NCBI GenBank assembly: GCA_013239625.1
Contig: MU053376.1
Span: 2,406,507 to 2,470,506 of the forward strand
Length of the DNA: 64,000 bases
Direction of reading: 5' to 3'
DNA from: Lama guanicoe
Lineage: Eukaryota
In this document: piece by piece, positions 47,501-60,300 of the stretch
How positions within the stretch are numbered: the first letter of the stretch is position 1
Layout of the letters: every line of letters begins with the position of its first letter
The notes under the pieces: generated by a model
Seen by the model: only the letters and a program-made list of their open reading frames with translations
What the model was told of the DNA's origin: nothing
The model's database searches: none
Program-made: the position numbers and the translations under genes

Positions 47501-48241
47501 GGCTGCCCCTCAAATTCAGTGGGATGCTCACCCCTCGTGCTCATTCCTGTTATTTCTAGAGCCCTCTCTGCTTATCAAAGCATTGCTGTTTACACTATTG
47601 CAAAGCATCGCCATTTATGCTATTTCCCTGGAGCTTCCTAACTTCCCTTTAGATGAGGCAGAACAGTTATAATTACAACCATTTCCTGGATAAGAAAATC
47701 AAGGTCTTGAGACTCTGAGCGATATGCCTATGATCTCCTAGAGACTCAGTTACGGGACCAGGGTCAAAAGTGCAGGTGTTATGGCCTCTTTCATTCTGCC
47801 AGGCGGAGGCTGGGCAGGCGAAGATGGAGAATCCAAGCTAAGGCCACTCGGAGGGTGCAGCGCATGTGGACTTGGTCACATCTGTGGACATAGTCCAGAG
47901 TCTATGAGCGCCCCAGGGCCCAGCCTGACCACAGGACCCAGACTGTAGCCTAGAGGAGGAGAGAAGAGACAGGAGTCCCCACTTTCTCGCGGACTTTGGC
48001 AGGTTTTCAACTTTGGAACGGACTTGATGTTTCGAATGTGAAAGGAGAAAACTGTGTTCACAAGCGCTAGGCCGGAACGAGCGCCCGTGAAGATAAGGAA
48101 GCTCTAAGCGGCAGAGAGCTCGGGGAACCATCTCTTAGTCTCCCCTTTCTACCTTGGCCCTGCTTCTGCTGCCAGAGACTCCCTTTGCCAGCTTAAGCCA
48201 AAGACAATAGAGCTGTTTATCTTGGTTATTTCCCTTCCGTG

Positions 48242-48432
48242 GGGGAATTCCCAGCAGGAACCCTTTTTATTTCCTTGTGGAGATAAAGGTATTCTGTTTC
48301 TCCAGTTCTTTGGAAGGGTAAGGGGAGCGGGTTAGGGGAGGTGGGGACAGATATGTATGTCAGGTGGCAGCTCGAGGCTCTCTTAATTCCGGTTAATCGT
48401 CCTGGAATTTTCACACCAGGCCAATGATTAAC
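48242..48432. promoter_or_regulatory. PIGR: PIGR intron-1 cytokine-responsive enhancer (NF-kB, STAT6, HNF1)
   Basis: Palindromic GGGAATTCCC at 48243-48252; TTC-N4-GAA (TTCTTTGGAA) at 48306-48315; GTTAATCATTGG on the minus strand at 48432-48421. An intron-1 enhancer with these three factor sites is established for human PIGR. Confidence 0.7.
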
Positions 48433-51400
48433 TTCTGGGTTTGGGGCCTTAGCCAAACGCCAGCGTCAGCCGTCCCGGCCCGGGTGCGATCGGGGGATGC
48501 TGGCTGGAGGACCACTTGACTGGGCACCACAGAGGCCATGGGATTGACTCCCAGGTGGGAACAGGGGAGTCTCTCTCTTCTGGAATGCTCACTGCAGAGT
48601 TTCAGGGGCGCTCCCCTTGCTGTTTGCGCTGGCCTTGGGTGCAGTGGCTGCAGGAGGACACAGCGCCATGCGCTTTGAGGAACCCAAACCCATAGCAGCT
48701 CTCTTTGGTCCCAGTCCCTGCTCTCACCTGTAAATCAGCAAGCTTCCTTCTATTTCTGTAAGACCGGAGCGGGTGTGCCGACAGGCTGAGCTGGGGGATG
48801 CAGTCCCTCCTCTGGATTGGTAAAAGCCTTCGGCCCTGGGGTACAGAGAGTCAGATGCCCGGTTTTCCAAAGTAGGGGTCCCAACTTCCAGCCCAGGCTC
48901 CTCTCATTTGTGACAAGCTTGGACAGCTGTGAAGGTCCGTGTGGCAGAGGGTGGGGGAGATGCACGCACGGACCCATTACCCTTTGCATGGCCTCACACC
49001 AGGGTTGAGAGCAGCAGGCAGGCACAGCTGGAGGGCAAATCTAGCAGAAGGTGACCTTGGGAGGGAGGCACACAGTCCAGTCCCCAGGGAGCCTGGACCC
49101 TTCCTGCGCCCCTGCACTCTCAAGAACAGAAAATCTTTGCTCAAAGCTAAACTTGAAAAATTTCTCTGCTAGCAGCTGAAAGGACCCTGGGCTTTGAGAA
49201 TCTTTGGTGATCCCTTCCTCTCAAAACCAGACTGTCTCCCAAACCTGGGAGATTCAGGTCTCAGGGAGGCCCCAGTTCCACGGTGGCTGAAGCTGGAGTC
49301 AAAGAATTTGCTTAAGGAAGGAAAGAAAGAGCATAATAGTCATTGGGTATCTACTGTGCTCAAGATGCTCTGTTAGCTTTTTATCTAACTTCATCCACCA
49401 TCACAGCAACCCAAGAGATAGACAACAGCTTCACGGTGCAGACAGGAAATCTAAGGGTTGGAGAGATTCTTGGCCCCAAGACTTCACAGCAGAAGGGGGC
49501 CGGATCACCACCCTATTATCACTGCTTGGATGAGCAGAGGGGCCTGTTCCTTTGGGATACATGTAGGCTAGTATGTCATGCATGAAGCACCTTTTCTGGC
49601 CCTTAAAATAGGAGTTGTAGTTTTAGTAGAGAGGTTGTGATATCCTAGGTCATTCTCATTTTACCAAGTTACTGCCCTTGATATATTCATAATGTGTGTC
49701 TACACAACTGTGGATTGAGGTGGGGTGTAAGCCGTGCCGAAGAATAGAGTTGATCTCCTTATGAAATTAACCTAGCTAGCTCCCCTTCAGTTAGCGTGAC
49801 TGGTCATCAGCTCTCATGGCTTGGAGTCAAACCCCTGTCCCTCTAATCTAGGTTTTCTCTTTTTTCAGAGGGAGCAAGACCTCGTGGACCAGGTCCTGGC
49901 TTGGTTGCTGCTGAGCACATGGCCTTCAGCAACTCTGAATGCTTCATCCATTTGGTACACAGCAGAGGGTCAGCTGGGGGCTCTCACAGTCCCTGGATTT
50001 CTGAGGGGACAGAAAGCAGGCACTGTAGGGGCTCTAAGTCAATTTGGCAGTCTCTGACAACATCCTGCGAGTGTGAACTGGGGGGAGCAGAAGGAATGGA
50101 ACTCAGAGGAGTGGGGAGCGGCTGGCCTGGCTAGGGAAGGGGCTTTCCTTGGCTTGGACTGGCCGGCCAGGAGAGGCACTGACTGGGTCCACATGGGACT
50201 CTCACTCTCATGCCCCATGGGTGCGGGGCCTGAGCGCAGACCAGAGCGAGTCAGGAAACCGCAGTGTCACTAGGGGAGGGGAGCAGCCTGCCTGGTTTGG
50301 AAGGGCCTCGGACTTGTGGGAGGTTTGGAGAGGTTATGCAGTTTGTGCAAGCCCTGGAGTGTGGGAGAGTCTCCAGGTAAAGGCAATGTTGGAGAAAGGG
50401 ACTCCCCAGAAGACTGGGAGATGGAGGGAGGGCAGCCACGGGGTCCAAAGAATGTGTAAGCCAGAAAGATCCAAGACGTTCTGGTCCCATCCCTGTCACA
50501 AGTGGCCTGCTATTCACGCAGGACTGAAGCAGAAATTAAGCATTTGGCGTATGAGCTCCATGAAGCTCTGGGAATAAGCCTCGTAGATTTTCCATGAAGA
50601 CTTAGGACCTCTGTTGTGGAGTCCATCCCATTCTACCCCAATGTATAAGTGTTTATCTCATCCGCTCTACCAGATGGCAAGCTCCTGGAAGGCAGGGCCA
50701 ACTGAGATCAATTGCTGCCTAGCGAGGACCAGCTGCTCAGCAAAGATCGATCGGACTGGGAGTGGTTACATCCTTATTTCCTCTCTGAAAAGGGCAAAGT
50801 CAGGGCTGATTTCTCTCACTTTGCCCAGTGCCTTCTTGGTTCTGGGCACTCAAGGGACAGTAGTGTGAAGAGGCGCCTGGAGGATGGAAGAGAACCCAGA
50901 GGTCCAGAGTCCTGCTCTGTCACAAGCTACCAGAAGAGCTCTACCATGTGGCCAAAATACGCTGGCTCGAGTCTCTCACCTATACAATGAGCATTGTGGC
51001 TCCTGACTCTTCTAGGCTGAAGGGCTACCGTGGGATGTGGGAACATGGGGGAGGGGCTGCTGGAACAATGCATGTGGGAGCATTTTAAACTGTATCAAGT
51101 GCTCTTCCACCATGAGAGATTACAATTACTCCTAAGCACAGGAAGGTGGAGGACCGTGCACTTGACTTTCACAGTTACCATGCACTTGGAGAGAAGCACA
51201 CAGCATGGACTCCTCACTTGGCTATCAGCTCTCTCACTTGGGGGCTGTGTGATTTGGGGCAAGCTGTTTAATGTCATTGAACCCCAAGTCCTCATCTGTA
51301 AGCCAGAGATAATTGGACCAGCGAATAACAGGTAATAGAGAGTTGCCGTAAGAATTAAATGATGAAACATGTGTAAAGTCCTTAGTAGGGTGTTCAGCTT

Positions 51401-51599
51401 TTAAAAAGTTAGTTTCTTGTCCATATCCTCTCTGAAATCAGCACAGTCTCCTCTTTTTCCTGTCCTAGAGTGAGAGGAGAACAGAAGTCTGTTTGCTGAG
51501 CATCCTTCAAAGTAGGGGCTGAGCTGTTCAGTTTGGACCAATGTGGCCTGAAAGAGGAGACTCACTATGGATTAGGTTAGAAATGAGGGATTATAATTG

Positions 51600-51835
51600 T
51601 AGGTAGCACATACTGAGTTATTTTCAAGTGCTTTACATGTGTTAACTCATTTAATCTTTGCAGCCACCCTAAAAATTTTTAAAAATGGGCAAACCCATTT
51701 TCCAGATGAGACAATTGAGGCCCAGAGAAGTAATAAATTTGCCCGAAGTCACACAGCTGGCAAGTGACTGGGACAGGATTCCAATTCAGGTACTCTGGAT
51801 CAAGACTACATGCTCTTAGTCACTATGCTGCACTG
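51600..51835 (-). mobile_element. MIR SINE
   Basis: Contains ttaactcatttaatct..cccattttccagatgagacaattgaggcccagaga..tgcccgaagtcacacagct. Confidence 0.75.
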
Positions 51836-53733
51836 CAGAGGGTCTAAAAGTTGAGAAGAAGCCACCAGGAGGGGAAGGAATGGGACATCCAACCTTAGAG
51901 GAGAAGTTAGTCCAGTTCTTTCCTCTCCGCTTTTCACAGGAAAGGTAGTTCCTGTGAAAGACTCTACTTAAACTCAGAAGTAGGTGCCAACAGAGAAGTT
52001 TCTTCCTGGAAAATAACAGAGGCTGCTATTTATTTAGCACTTACCATGTGTACGGCATGTTACATTCACTTCCTGTAACCAGACACATGGCCTCCAAAAC
52101 TTCTTTCTGCTCCATCACAGTGTGTCAGTGACATAGACTTTGGGGTCCCGGCCCCAGCTCACCCCGAGAGGGGTCAAGACATAGATGAGGGGGGTTTCTG
52201 CTGAGCACATGCATGAATAGTGCTACCTTTACAAAAGGTGGGGATTTTGCTTTTCAGGTGATGTTAACATGTCCCCATCAAAATGGCTGTACCAAAATGT
52301 CATTGTTTGTACTTGCTGGGTGACCCTACACCACTCACATTAACTCACAGAGTCTTTGTTTCCTCAACTGTAAAATGGAATTACGATGCCTACCCTGAGT
52401 ACCTCCCGGGTTTGTTTCAGGTGGGAAGGAGATGAAGCCGTGAAAGCCCTGGGAAGCCGCTACCATCACACTATTTATAAAATAAAGCCACAGAGTCCAG
52501 AGGTGCTAAGAGACAGGCAATGATCACAGAGCTGGTTGCTCTCCTGGCTCCGGGCTCATTGCTCTCTCTGCTACATCGCCACGTCCAAGGCCAGGGAGAA
52601 GGATGGATGGAGAGTTTCAGTGCTGGCTCCAGGCAGACCAGATAGCTGCCTTCTACCCTAATGCATGAATTGGCACATACCTCTCCAGATGTTCAGGGAC
52701 CTGTAATTCCCCTAGTGAAGGGGGAGAGTGATGGCAAAAGCTATGGTGCAAAACATCGCCAGCAGCTGAGTGGGCAGCTGCACAGAGGGAAGTGGGAGCA
52801 GTGAGGACGGAGCTTGCCTAGCTGCTGCGCTTGCGAGGGAGAGCCCCAGGGCTAGCCTGGGGATGCTGTCAGGATGAGCCAGGGGAAAGCTGATATCTGA
52901 GGCCTCCTGGCTGCAGAGCCAGGAGGAGCATCAGGACTGTGGAATGCAGTCTGAGCCTGGGAGGGGGCTCTGCCCACCTCACTTTTCCAGGAAGGACCTC
53001 AGTACCTTAGCAGGTGCAGGATGATACAGTGACACACATTTTACCTTGGTGTGGCAGGAATCTGCAGGACCAAAGCTGGGTTGAAATTAGAAAGGATCTC
53101 AGAGTCTCTTCGAAGCCCAGAACCAGGGGCTGCAGGTGTCCTCACAGAAAGCTGGAGGTGGAAAGGGTCAAGGACTGAGAGCGCCTGCCACGCGCCAGGC
53201 ACCGCATATGCGTTACCTTATCCTGGTCTGTCTGGTGCTCAGTAAGTCTTGAAGTAATTGAACTGAGTTGAAAAACACCAAACAATTGTTATTCAGCTCT
53301 AGAGCTTTCAAAGCAATTTCACATAGATTTTCTCATTTGAATCTCACATCAATCTTAAGTGATAGGCGATTTTTTTTCTCCCCATTTTACACATTAGGAA
53401 ACTGAGGCGCAGGGAGCGAGGAGGTGACCCACCTAAGGTCACAGTTAAAGTATGGAGGAGTTAGTCGGGAATTCAGAGACCCAACAAGAGCAGAACTACA
53501 CCTGCTGACCCCAGACATGCCTTCTTCCCACTGGCTGATCTTTCCCACGGGCGTCCTTACTCATCTCTCCGGGATGTGCCCCACATGCTCGGGGGCACGG
53601 GCAACAGCCGTGTCCGCCTCTCCCCACTGTCTGTAGGCTGGGAGTCATGCATGCAGAGGGCATTGCCTGAGTCACCATCCCGGGCCCTTCCCAGATGGCA
53701 TCCTGTCGGGGACCCCAGAGCAGCCACACTTAC

Positions 53734-53860
53734 TGTTAGTTACTTCCTTCTGTCCCGTTGACTCAGTTTCAGGGGCACAGCCTGCTGGCCAGTCCACAAC
53801 CCCTGCCTTTCTAGAAGCCGCCAGCAGGACACTGGATGCTGCTGCCAAAACTGAAACTGT
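53734..53860 (-). other. PIGR: PIGR non-coding exon 1 (TSS approximate)
   Basis: The minus strand reads acagtttcagttttggcagcagcatccagtg...cagaaggaagtaactaaca|gtaagt, matching the recalled human PIGR 5'UTR, and ends in a GTAAGT donor. Confidence 0.85.
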
Positions 53861-53975
53861 GTGCAGTGCTTGACCCACACCTGGGCTCTTAAAGGGACAC
53901 TCTCCCAGGGGCATGGCGTCTGGCCAGCGGCACGTGACTCCACAGATCCCTTGCTTTCCTTTCCTTTTGGCTTTC
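53847..53975 (-). promoter_or_regulatory. PIGR: PIGR core promoter: exon-1 ISRE, TATA-like element, USF E-box and upstream ISRE-like site
   Basis: AGTTTCAGTTTT (53858-53847); TTTAA at about -30 (53893-53889); GTCACGTG (53938-53931); GAAAGGAAAG at about 53963-53954. This is the layout described for the human PIGR promoter. Confidence 0.75.
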
Positions 53976-56267
53976 CTGGCTGGCTCCATTTGCCTCCCCT
54001 TGACCTTGGGGACTCTGCTACTTGGGAATCCTCCATCTTTGCAGCTGCGGGATGCGAGACATGGTATCAAGCATGAAGAGTCTGCCCTGTGGCTTCCCAG
54101 CTCCAAGATCCTAGGCAAGTCAGACCTTCACATTTCTTTTCACCTGGAAAGTGGGGAGAGTGACGCCAAACCTACAAGTTGAGGACATAGCCAGATAGTA
54201 GATGTGAAACATCTGGCCCAGAGTGTGGTGTGAAGTTGACACGAATTCGATGGGGCACAGGTGACAGGAATGGCTTTTAGTCCTTGGTCTCACAGCCCCA
54301 CTCCCCGGGGAACATATCCCCCCACTCCCTAGGATACTAAGCCTGGATGAAGCCCACAATTTACACATCTTCTTCAGGGCTCCCTTTTCTAGCCTCAGAG
54401 GTCCCAGGAGCCAGGGGACCATGTGCTCCCCTCCTCACTCGTTAGAGGAAGTGGAAGCTCTGGCTGCCCCTCAGCACCTCCGCACCCCCTGCTGAGAACG
54501 GTAGACCTCAGAGTCCTGCTGGGACCCGGGCTCGGTGCCACAGCCAAGAGGGTGCTGACCCATCGAGCTAGGGTAGAAATCTCCTTCCCTATGTCAGTTA
54601 GTCTTTGGTGGTCTCCCAGACCTGACCTGGTTAGGGCTCCCAGGAGCTCCCCCAACGATCTTAGCAGCCCTGTGTCACACAAGTGAAGCTCACTCCCCAG
54701 CACACACGTGCATCTCCCATCCCTCCCCACGGGTGCCTGCTTCCCCAAATCCTGCCCCGTCCTATCTGTGCAGGCCTGGCCCAGGCTCTCCCTACAGCGT
54801 CCCACAGGGCAAACCCCATTAGGGGAGGGAGGGAAGGGGAAGCAGAGTCCTGGAAAAACACGAGACATCAGAGCCCTGGGTCTTATTTTAGCCAACAACT
54901 AACTCACAGCGGCGGGGTGGAGAGGGGCTATCAACCCGCAATCACGGGTTTGGATGGCAAGAAAAAAAAGTATTTTCTATGATGGAGCTTAATTTCAGAC
55001 TCTAAATCCATAGTCTGACTGATGCAAGAGCGAATTTACCTCGCCACTTCCAGGCAAATCGTGTCCAAGTCGATGGCAACTCGGTCACTTTACTCCTGAT
55101 TGAAAACTTAGTCTCCTTCTGGCTTTTCTTTCTTTTTGCCTCCCTCTGTCCTCAGGTGTTTATGTGATGCCTGAGGTGAGTGGGCATGGGTGGGGGGGTG
55201 GCTTCTGCCAGTGGCACTAACGAGGCAGCGAGAAAGAGGGTCCTGAGGTTTGGGTCTTGCTTTGTCACGGTTCTGTGTTAGCCTCATGCTCTAGAAGGAA
55301 ATGGTTCTGTCCATTGAGGTGTAACCCGTCCCGCTGGCTGGTGGCCTTTATCCCTGCCCATCCTGTGAGGCCTGCGGTCCACCCGGTGCTCTCTCCCTGT
55401 CCCCACTTGGGGGCTTCTTCCGGCAGGACTTCCGGGCCCCCTCCGCCCTCTCCTGCCCTTCTTGTGGGAGCAAGACTAGTCTGGCTCGTCTGCATCTTCC
55501 CGGGGCCTTTGGGGGAGCCTGCACGACAGAGCCAACTTCTCCCCTCACCTCCTAGCCGTCTGCGCTCATCTGTTCCCAGGTAACCGAGGCTACGATGTAC
55601 ATGTGCGAGACTGCTGACCACCAGAGTTCCCCACAGGGCCGGCAAGGGGCAGGCCCCCTCGGCACTGGCATCTCCAAACCCTTCTGGGTCTCTCCATCAC
55701 TGTCAGTCTCCTCTCTCGACTTCAGCCCTGGACTAAGCCCCTTGAGTGGTGGGTGGGAGGGCACAAAGACGCGGCGGCAGCTAAGCCATCTCTCATCCCG
55801 CTCAGCAATCCTTCTCCTCCCCAGTTCCAGGGTGAATATCCAGTGGGTGGATGGGAGGGGAGGTGGACCTGGTTTGGGGACAATGGTGGGACAGTCCTGG
55901 TTCTGCCAGAGTATAGCTCCTTTCAGAGGGTTTCGTTCTTATCTCTCCCTCCTTTAGAACTCAATCATCAAGGTATTTGTTGGTCTTGTTTTCTTATTCT
56001 CATTAACCCACTTCCCCCAAAGCAGGGATAGCTGGGCTGGAGTCAGGGTTAAGGGAGGCCCACCAAGCACTGGGACAGAACCTTGATGAGTGCAGGCCTG
56101 CGGGGAGGGAGGGAAACACATCCATGAAACAGGTGTGCCTCGCGCTGCCGCGAGGGCCCCCGATCTCCTCCCCCATGCCCTTGTTCTGTGATGCTGGGAG
56201 CTTTCCTAGATCACGTCTTGGCATGTGTTCCCAGGAGTCCCCCAGACTATCTTAGCAGACTGAGCCA

Positions 56268-56297
56268 GACACAGACATACACACACACACACACACT
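56268..56297. repeat. (CA)n microsatellite
   Basis: acacagacatacacacacacacacacac. Confidence 0.8.
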
Positions 56298-56920
56298 CAC
56301 CCAAAGCCCGCATGGCCTGGCAATCCAGCTTAGTGAAAGGGGAAAGTAAGAAGTGGAACCCAGGAAAGAGCTGGGTAGTTACAACCCTGCATCCTATTTT
56401 GGGCTCAGCCACACTCCAGTGGTGTGACTGGAGCCAACCAGCTTCCTCTCTCTCACTGTGGTTTCCCTACCTGGAGCCCATTAGCCCTAAAACACAGCTT
56501 CTTCCTCCCAGTCCTGGGGGAGGAGAGACTGGCCAAGGGGGTCCACCTGCCCACTTCGATATTAATGATGGTAACAGCAGGAATTATACCCCCCAAACTG
56601 ACATCACTTCATCTGCTTCAAAGCTCCCCCTCCCTCTTAAAATGATAATATGAGATGAGCAGAATATAAGAACAGATTCTCACTTGACTTTCACGACCCT
56701 GGGACTCGGCATGAGTCAGGGTGGGGAAGCACGGAGCCCTGGTCTGGGGTCAGAACACCTGTGTCCTGGCTCCTGCTCTGCCTCCAACGTGCTGAGCGAC
56801 TTTTGCCAAATCACTTCCTCCTTTAGGGCTGCAGTCATTTCACCTGTTAAATGGGAGGGCTGTGGCAAAGTGTCTCCAAGGCTCTCCCAGCTCTAGGAGT
56901 CTGTGTTTTTGATTGAGCTC

Positions 56921-57376
56921 TGAATTACTTTCCTGTGGCTGCCATAAAATAGTACCACGACCTTGGTGGCTTAAAACAATAGAGATGTATTCTCTCTTGG
57001 TTCTGGAGGCCAGAAGTCTGAAGTCAGGGTGTGGACACCATGCTCCCTCTGGAGGCTCTAGGGAAAAATCCGATCCTTGCCGCTTCTAGATCCCGGTTGC
57101 TGCTGGCACCTTCAGCTTGCAGTTACATCACCCCACTCTCGGCTCTTCTCCTCACATTGTCTTCTGTGTGTGTCTCAAATGTCTCTCTGCCTCTCTTACA
57201 GGGGCACTTGTGATGGCATTTAGGGTCCACCCACATCATCCAGGATGATCTCAATCTCAAGATCCTGAACTGAATTATACTTGCAAAGATCCTTTTCCCA
57301 AAGAAAGTAACATTTGCAGATTCCAGGCTTCAGGGGGTGGACATGTCTTTGGGGGACCATTTTTCAGCCTACCACA
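56921..57376 (-). mobile_element. MLT1-family solo LTR
   Basis: Contains gtggcttaaaacaa..ttctggaggccagaagtctgaa..ctccctctggaggctctaggg..cagcctaccaca. Confidence 0.8.
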
Positions 57377-60300
57377 AGCGTCTACTACGCCTATGACCAG
57401 TTCCAGGTCCAGGGCGACTCAAGACATACAGGAATGGCCATCCCTGTTCCCCAAGGGCATGTGGGCTAACTGAGGGGTCGTCACCTCCACACGCTACCGC
57501 CAAGGAGCAACAGCGGAACGCTCCCAGGCTCCAGACCCAGCATGCCCTGGGTTCACATCTAAGCCCTGCCACCTGCTAGCTGGGCGGCCCTTGATAAGGT
57601 ATTTAATGTCTCTGGATCTCACTTTTCTCATTTATAAAGTGGTGCTAATTATACTCACCCCGTAAGTATGATATGAAGACAGTATGATGTGGACAGTGGC
57701 TGGCAGCTAAAAGGTGCTTATGACAGCGTCAAAAGCAAGGGACAGCATAGGATTTCAGAACAGAGGGATTCCCCACTGATCAATGAGGAGCCAAGGGCAG
57801 GGACGTGGAATGACGTGCCCGAGTTCACACGGTGAGGTGATGGCATGGAAGGGCCGTGAAACAAGGTCTCCCAGCCCTGGGCATTTCCTTCCGCTTCTCA
57901 AAGCCTTTACTCTCCAGGTTCTTTTGAATTGTGTTTCCACAGGCAGCACAGGGCTCTCATTTACTCTTTCAATCGATCGGGGGAAGACTGGAGAAGGCCA
58001 GGGACAAAGGCCTCCTCAGGGCCTGCCCTCCAGGTTGGTACCACTGGCGTGATGCTCCCAGACCCTGGGCTGACCCAGCCACCAACAGAGATGGGGAAAC
58101 CTACGCCACACAGCGCCCCCCGGATCGCCACTGCCATTCCAGCGTTGCTCACTGCGGACAGGGCTCGTGCACGGGGTTTGTGCCGGACGAGTGGGATGAG
58201 AGTGGACGGGTGAAACGCTTATCGCTGCTGTTTACCGCCAGCTCTCTGCTCCCATGTGCAGACATTTGGCTGAGTCAATGTTTAACCCCTGTCTGGAGTC
58301 AATGTTTAATCCCAGGCCAGCCAGCCCTGAAATTTAGCATTCCTTGGTAAGCTGATAATACGCAGCATTTTAGTCTCAATCCCTAGAAAACAGAATTATG
58401 ACAGTGAATCTACCAAAGTGAAATAGCAAGCCTCCTTCCCCACCTTTTTTAAAGGTGTTGACTGGAGTTATTTATGCCCAAGTAGCCTGCCCTCGCCATC
58501 GGCAAATAATAACCTAACATTTCCCGGTCCCGGCTGTCATCCGCTGGCAGGAGCGCAGCATGTACCCTTCCTGTTCTAATTTCACCTTTTGGGCTGGGGA
58601 GAGGGCAGGGGATGGGGACGACTGCCCTTCTGTGCAGCTGAGCGCGCTGCCTGGCAATGTGGCCCCTCGCGTGGTCGCTGCCTGGAATCCCAGACTGGAA
58701 CAGTCCGGTTGGCTGGACTTACTTGGCCAAGCTTTTTGGGAGTTTCCGAGCCCAGACTTAACATTCAGAGGCCTCCTGGTGGGTCTCCCTGTTAGGGAGG
58801 AGGTAGGAGGAAACTTGGTTTAAACACTCTGTGCTTGCCTGGCTATTGGGTGATTTCATGGGCCTCCCCAGGGCCCTTCTTACGGAGCTCGGAGCACAGC
58901 ATCCACGGTCTGGCAGCACTGCGTCCACACCAAGAGCAACCTTAATGAGGGAAAAGTCAGATTGGCCCGCTGGGTGGTAGGCGTGGGGGCGTGTGAAAGA
59001 GGGAAGGGTCTGTGACCAGATTAGCAGCTCTGATCACTGGGCAGTGTTGGAGAGGGTGACTTACTCACCACGGTGTGTGCCTGAGCTGCAAACCTTTTCT
59101 TTTTTCTACATAACCCACTGAGTCACCTCCTTCTGCCTGACGACCTGCCTCCCTGTGTCCCTGCCCAGAAGGCCAGCCCCTCACCTGTTTTCCTAGCTCT
59201 GTTGGCTCCCAATCAGAGAATAAAACAACATTTCCTCTGGGCCCTCGTGGTGGGGGGCTTGTCTATGCTCTTTATCATGGGGGCTGGTGGAGGCCTGAAG
59301 GCAGGGACTGTGGTGGGTCCTCGCGCTTGGCTGTGTCTTGCCCTGAGATGGAGAGGAGCGCTGAAACTGAACAGGAAAGAGCTTGGAAATGTACATTTGG
59401 CCTTGGTCCCAAGGCTCTCTCAATTCCCCCGGGTCAGTTCCGGGCCCCTAAAGAGCTTCAATTCTCTGGTTCTGAGACACAGGAACAAAGGAGCAAACGT
59501 TTTTCTGAGGTTACCAAACCACTCTCTTGCCCTCTACTGCCTCCATGCCGTGGCCAGGGAGGGGCGGAAGAAGGAAGATTTTCAGAGTGGACATCCAAAG
59601 TCAACAGGTGGGGTGTCAGGTGACAGGGCCCAGCCCCTCTCATAAGCCACTGGGGTCCCCCTGAAGACTTGCTGCTTCCTTGTTCCTGGTCTGAGCCTGG
59701 CCTTTAGCCCGAGGTTTGCTTGGCGGGCAGCCATTGGAGAGATATCCCCTGTGGTCCCCTGCAGCCTGTGCCCATCCGAGCCTCAACAGTCCCACTGTAC
59801 GATGGCGTGCAATTGGCTTCTCTCTGGTCACAGATACTTTAATTAATTTTCAGTCGCCGGCGCTGCTCAAGTGGAGGAGAGTGTGGGTGAATGGAAGAGT
59901 TTCGACAAGCTGGGTCTCCTAGCCGGCCCGCCTTGCCCATGTCAGGCTCTAAAGAAGCCAGCTCCCCAATGCTTTCATCCTGATCTCTTGTCTGGAGTGA
60001 AGTGCAACATCTTCAGACAAACTGTGGGAAAATTTGTAAAGTGTCTTTGGTCTTGATCATCCTGGCTCTCTTCCTCCGATCTATGATACCCAGGGTTGGG
60101 GAGCCAGCATGTGTCACTTTAGGGAAGGAAGTGGCCCATAGTGGCCCTCTACACTCAGAGCCAAACTGGTAGAACTAGATCAAGGCAGCAGACAAGTGAG
60201 GGGTAGGAACTTGGCCAGAGGTTGGATGAGGCAGAGCAAGAAGACTCTAGATGCTAATCAGGGAAGATGCCTCCTCCACAAAATGGGACCAGGAGGCAAA

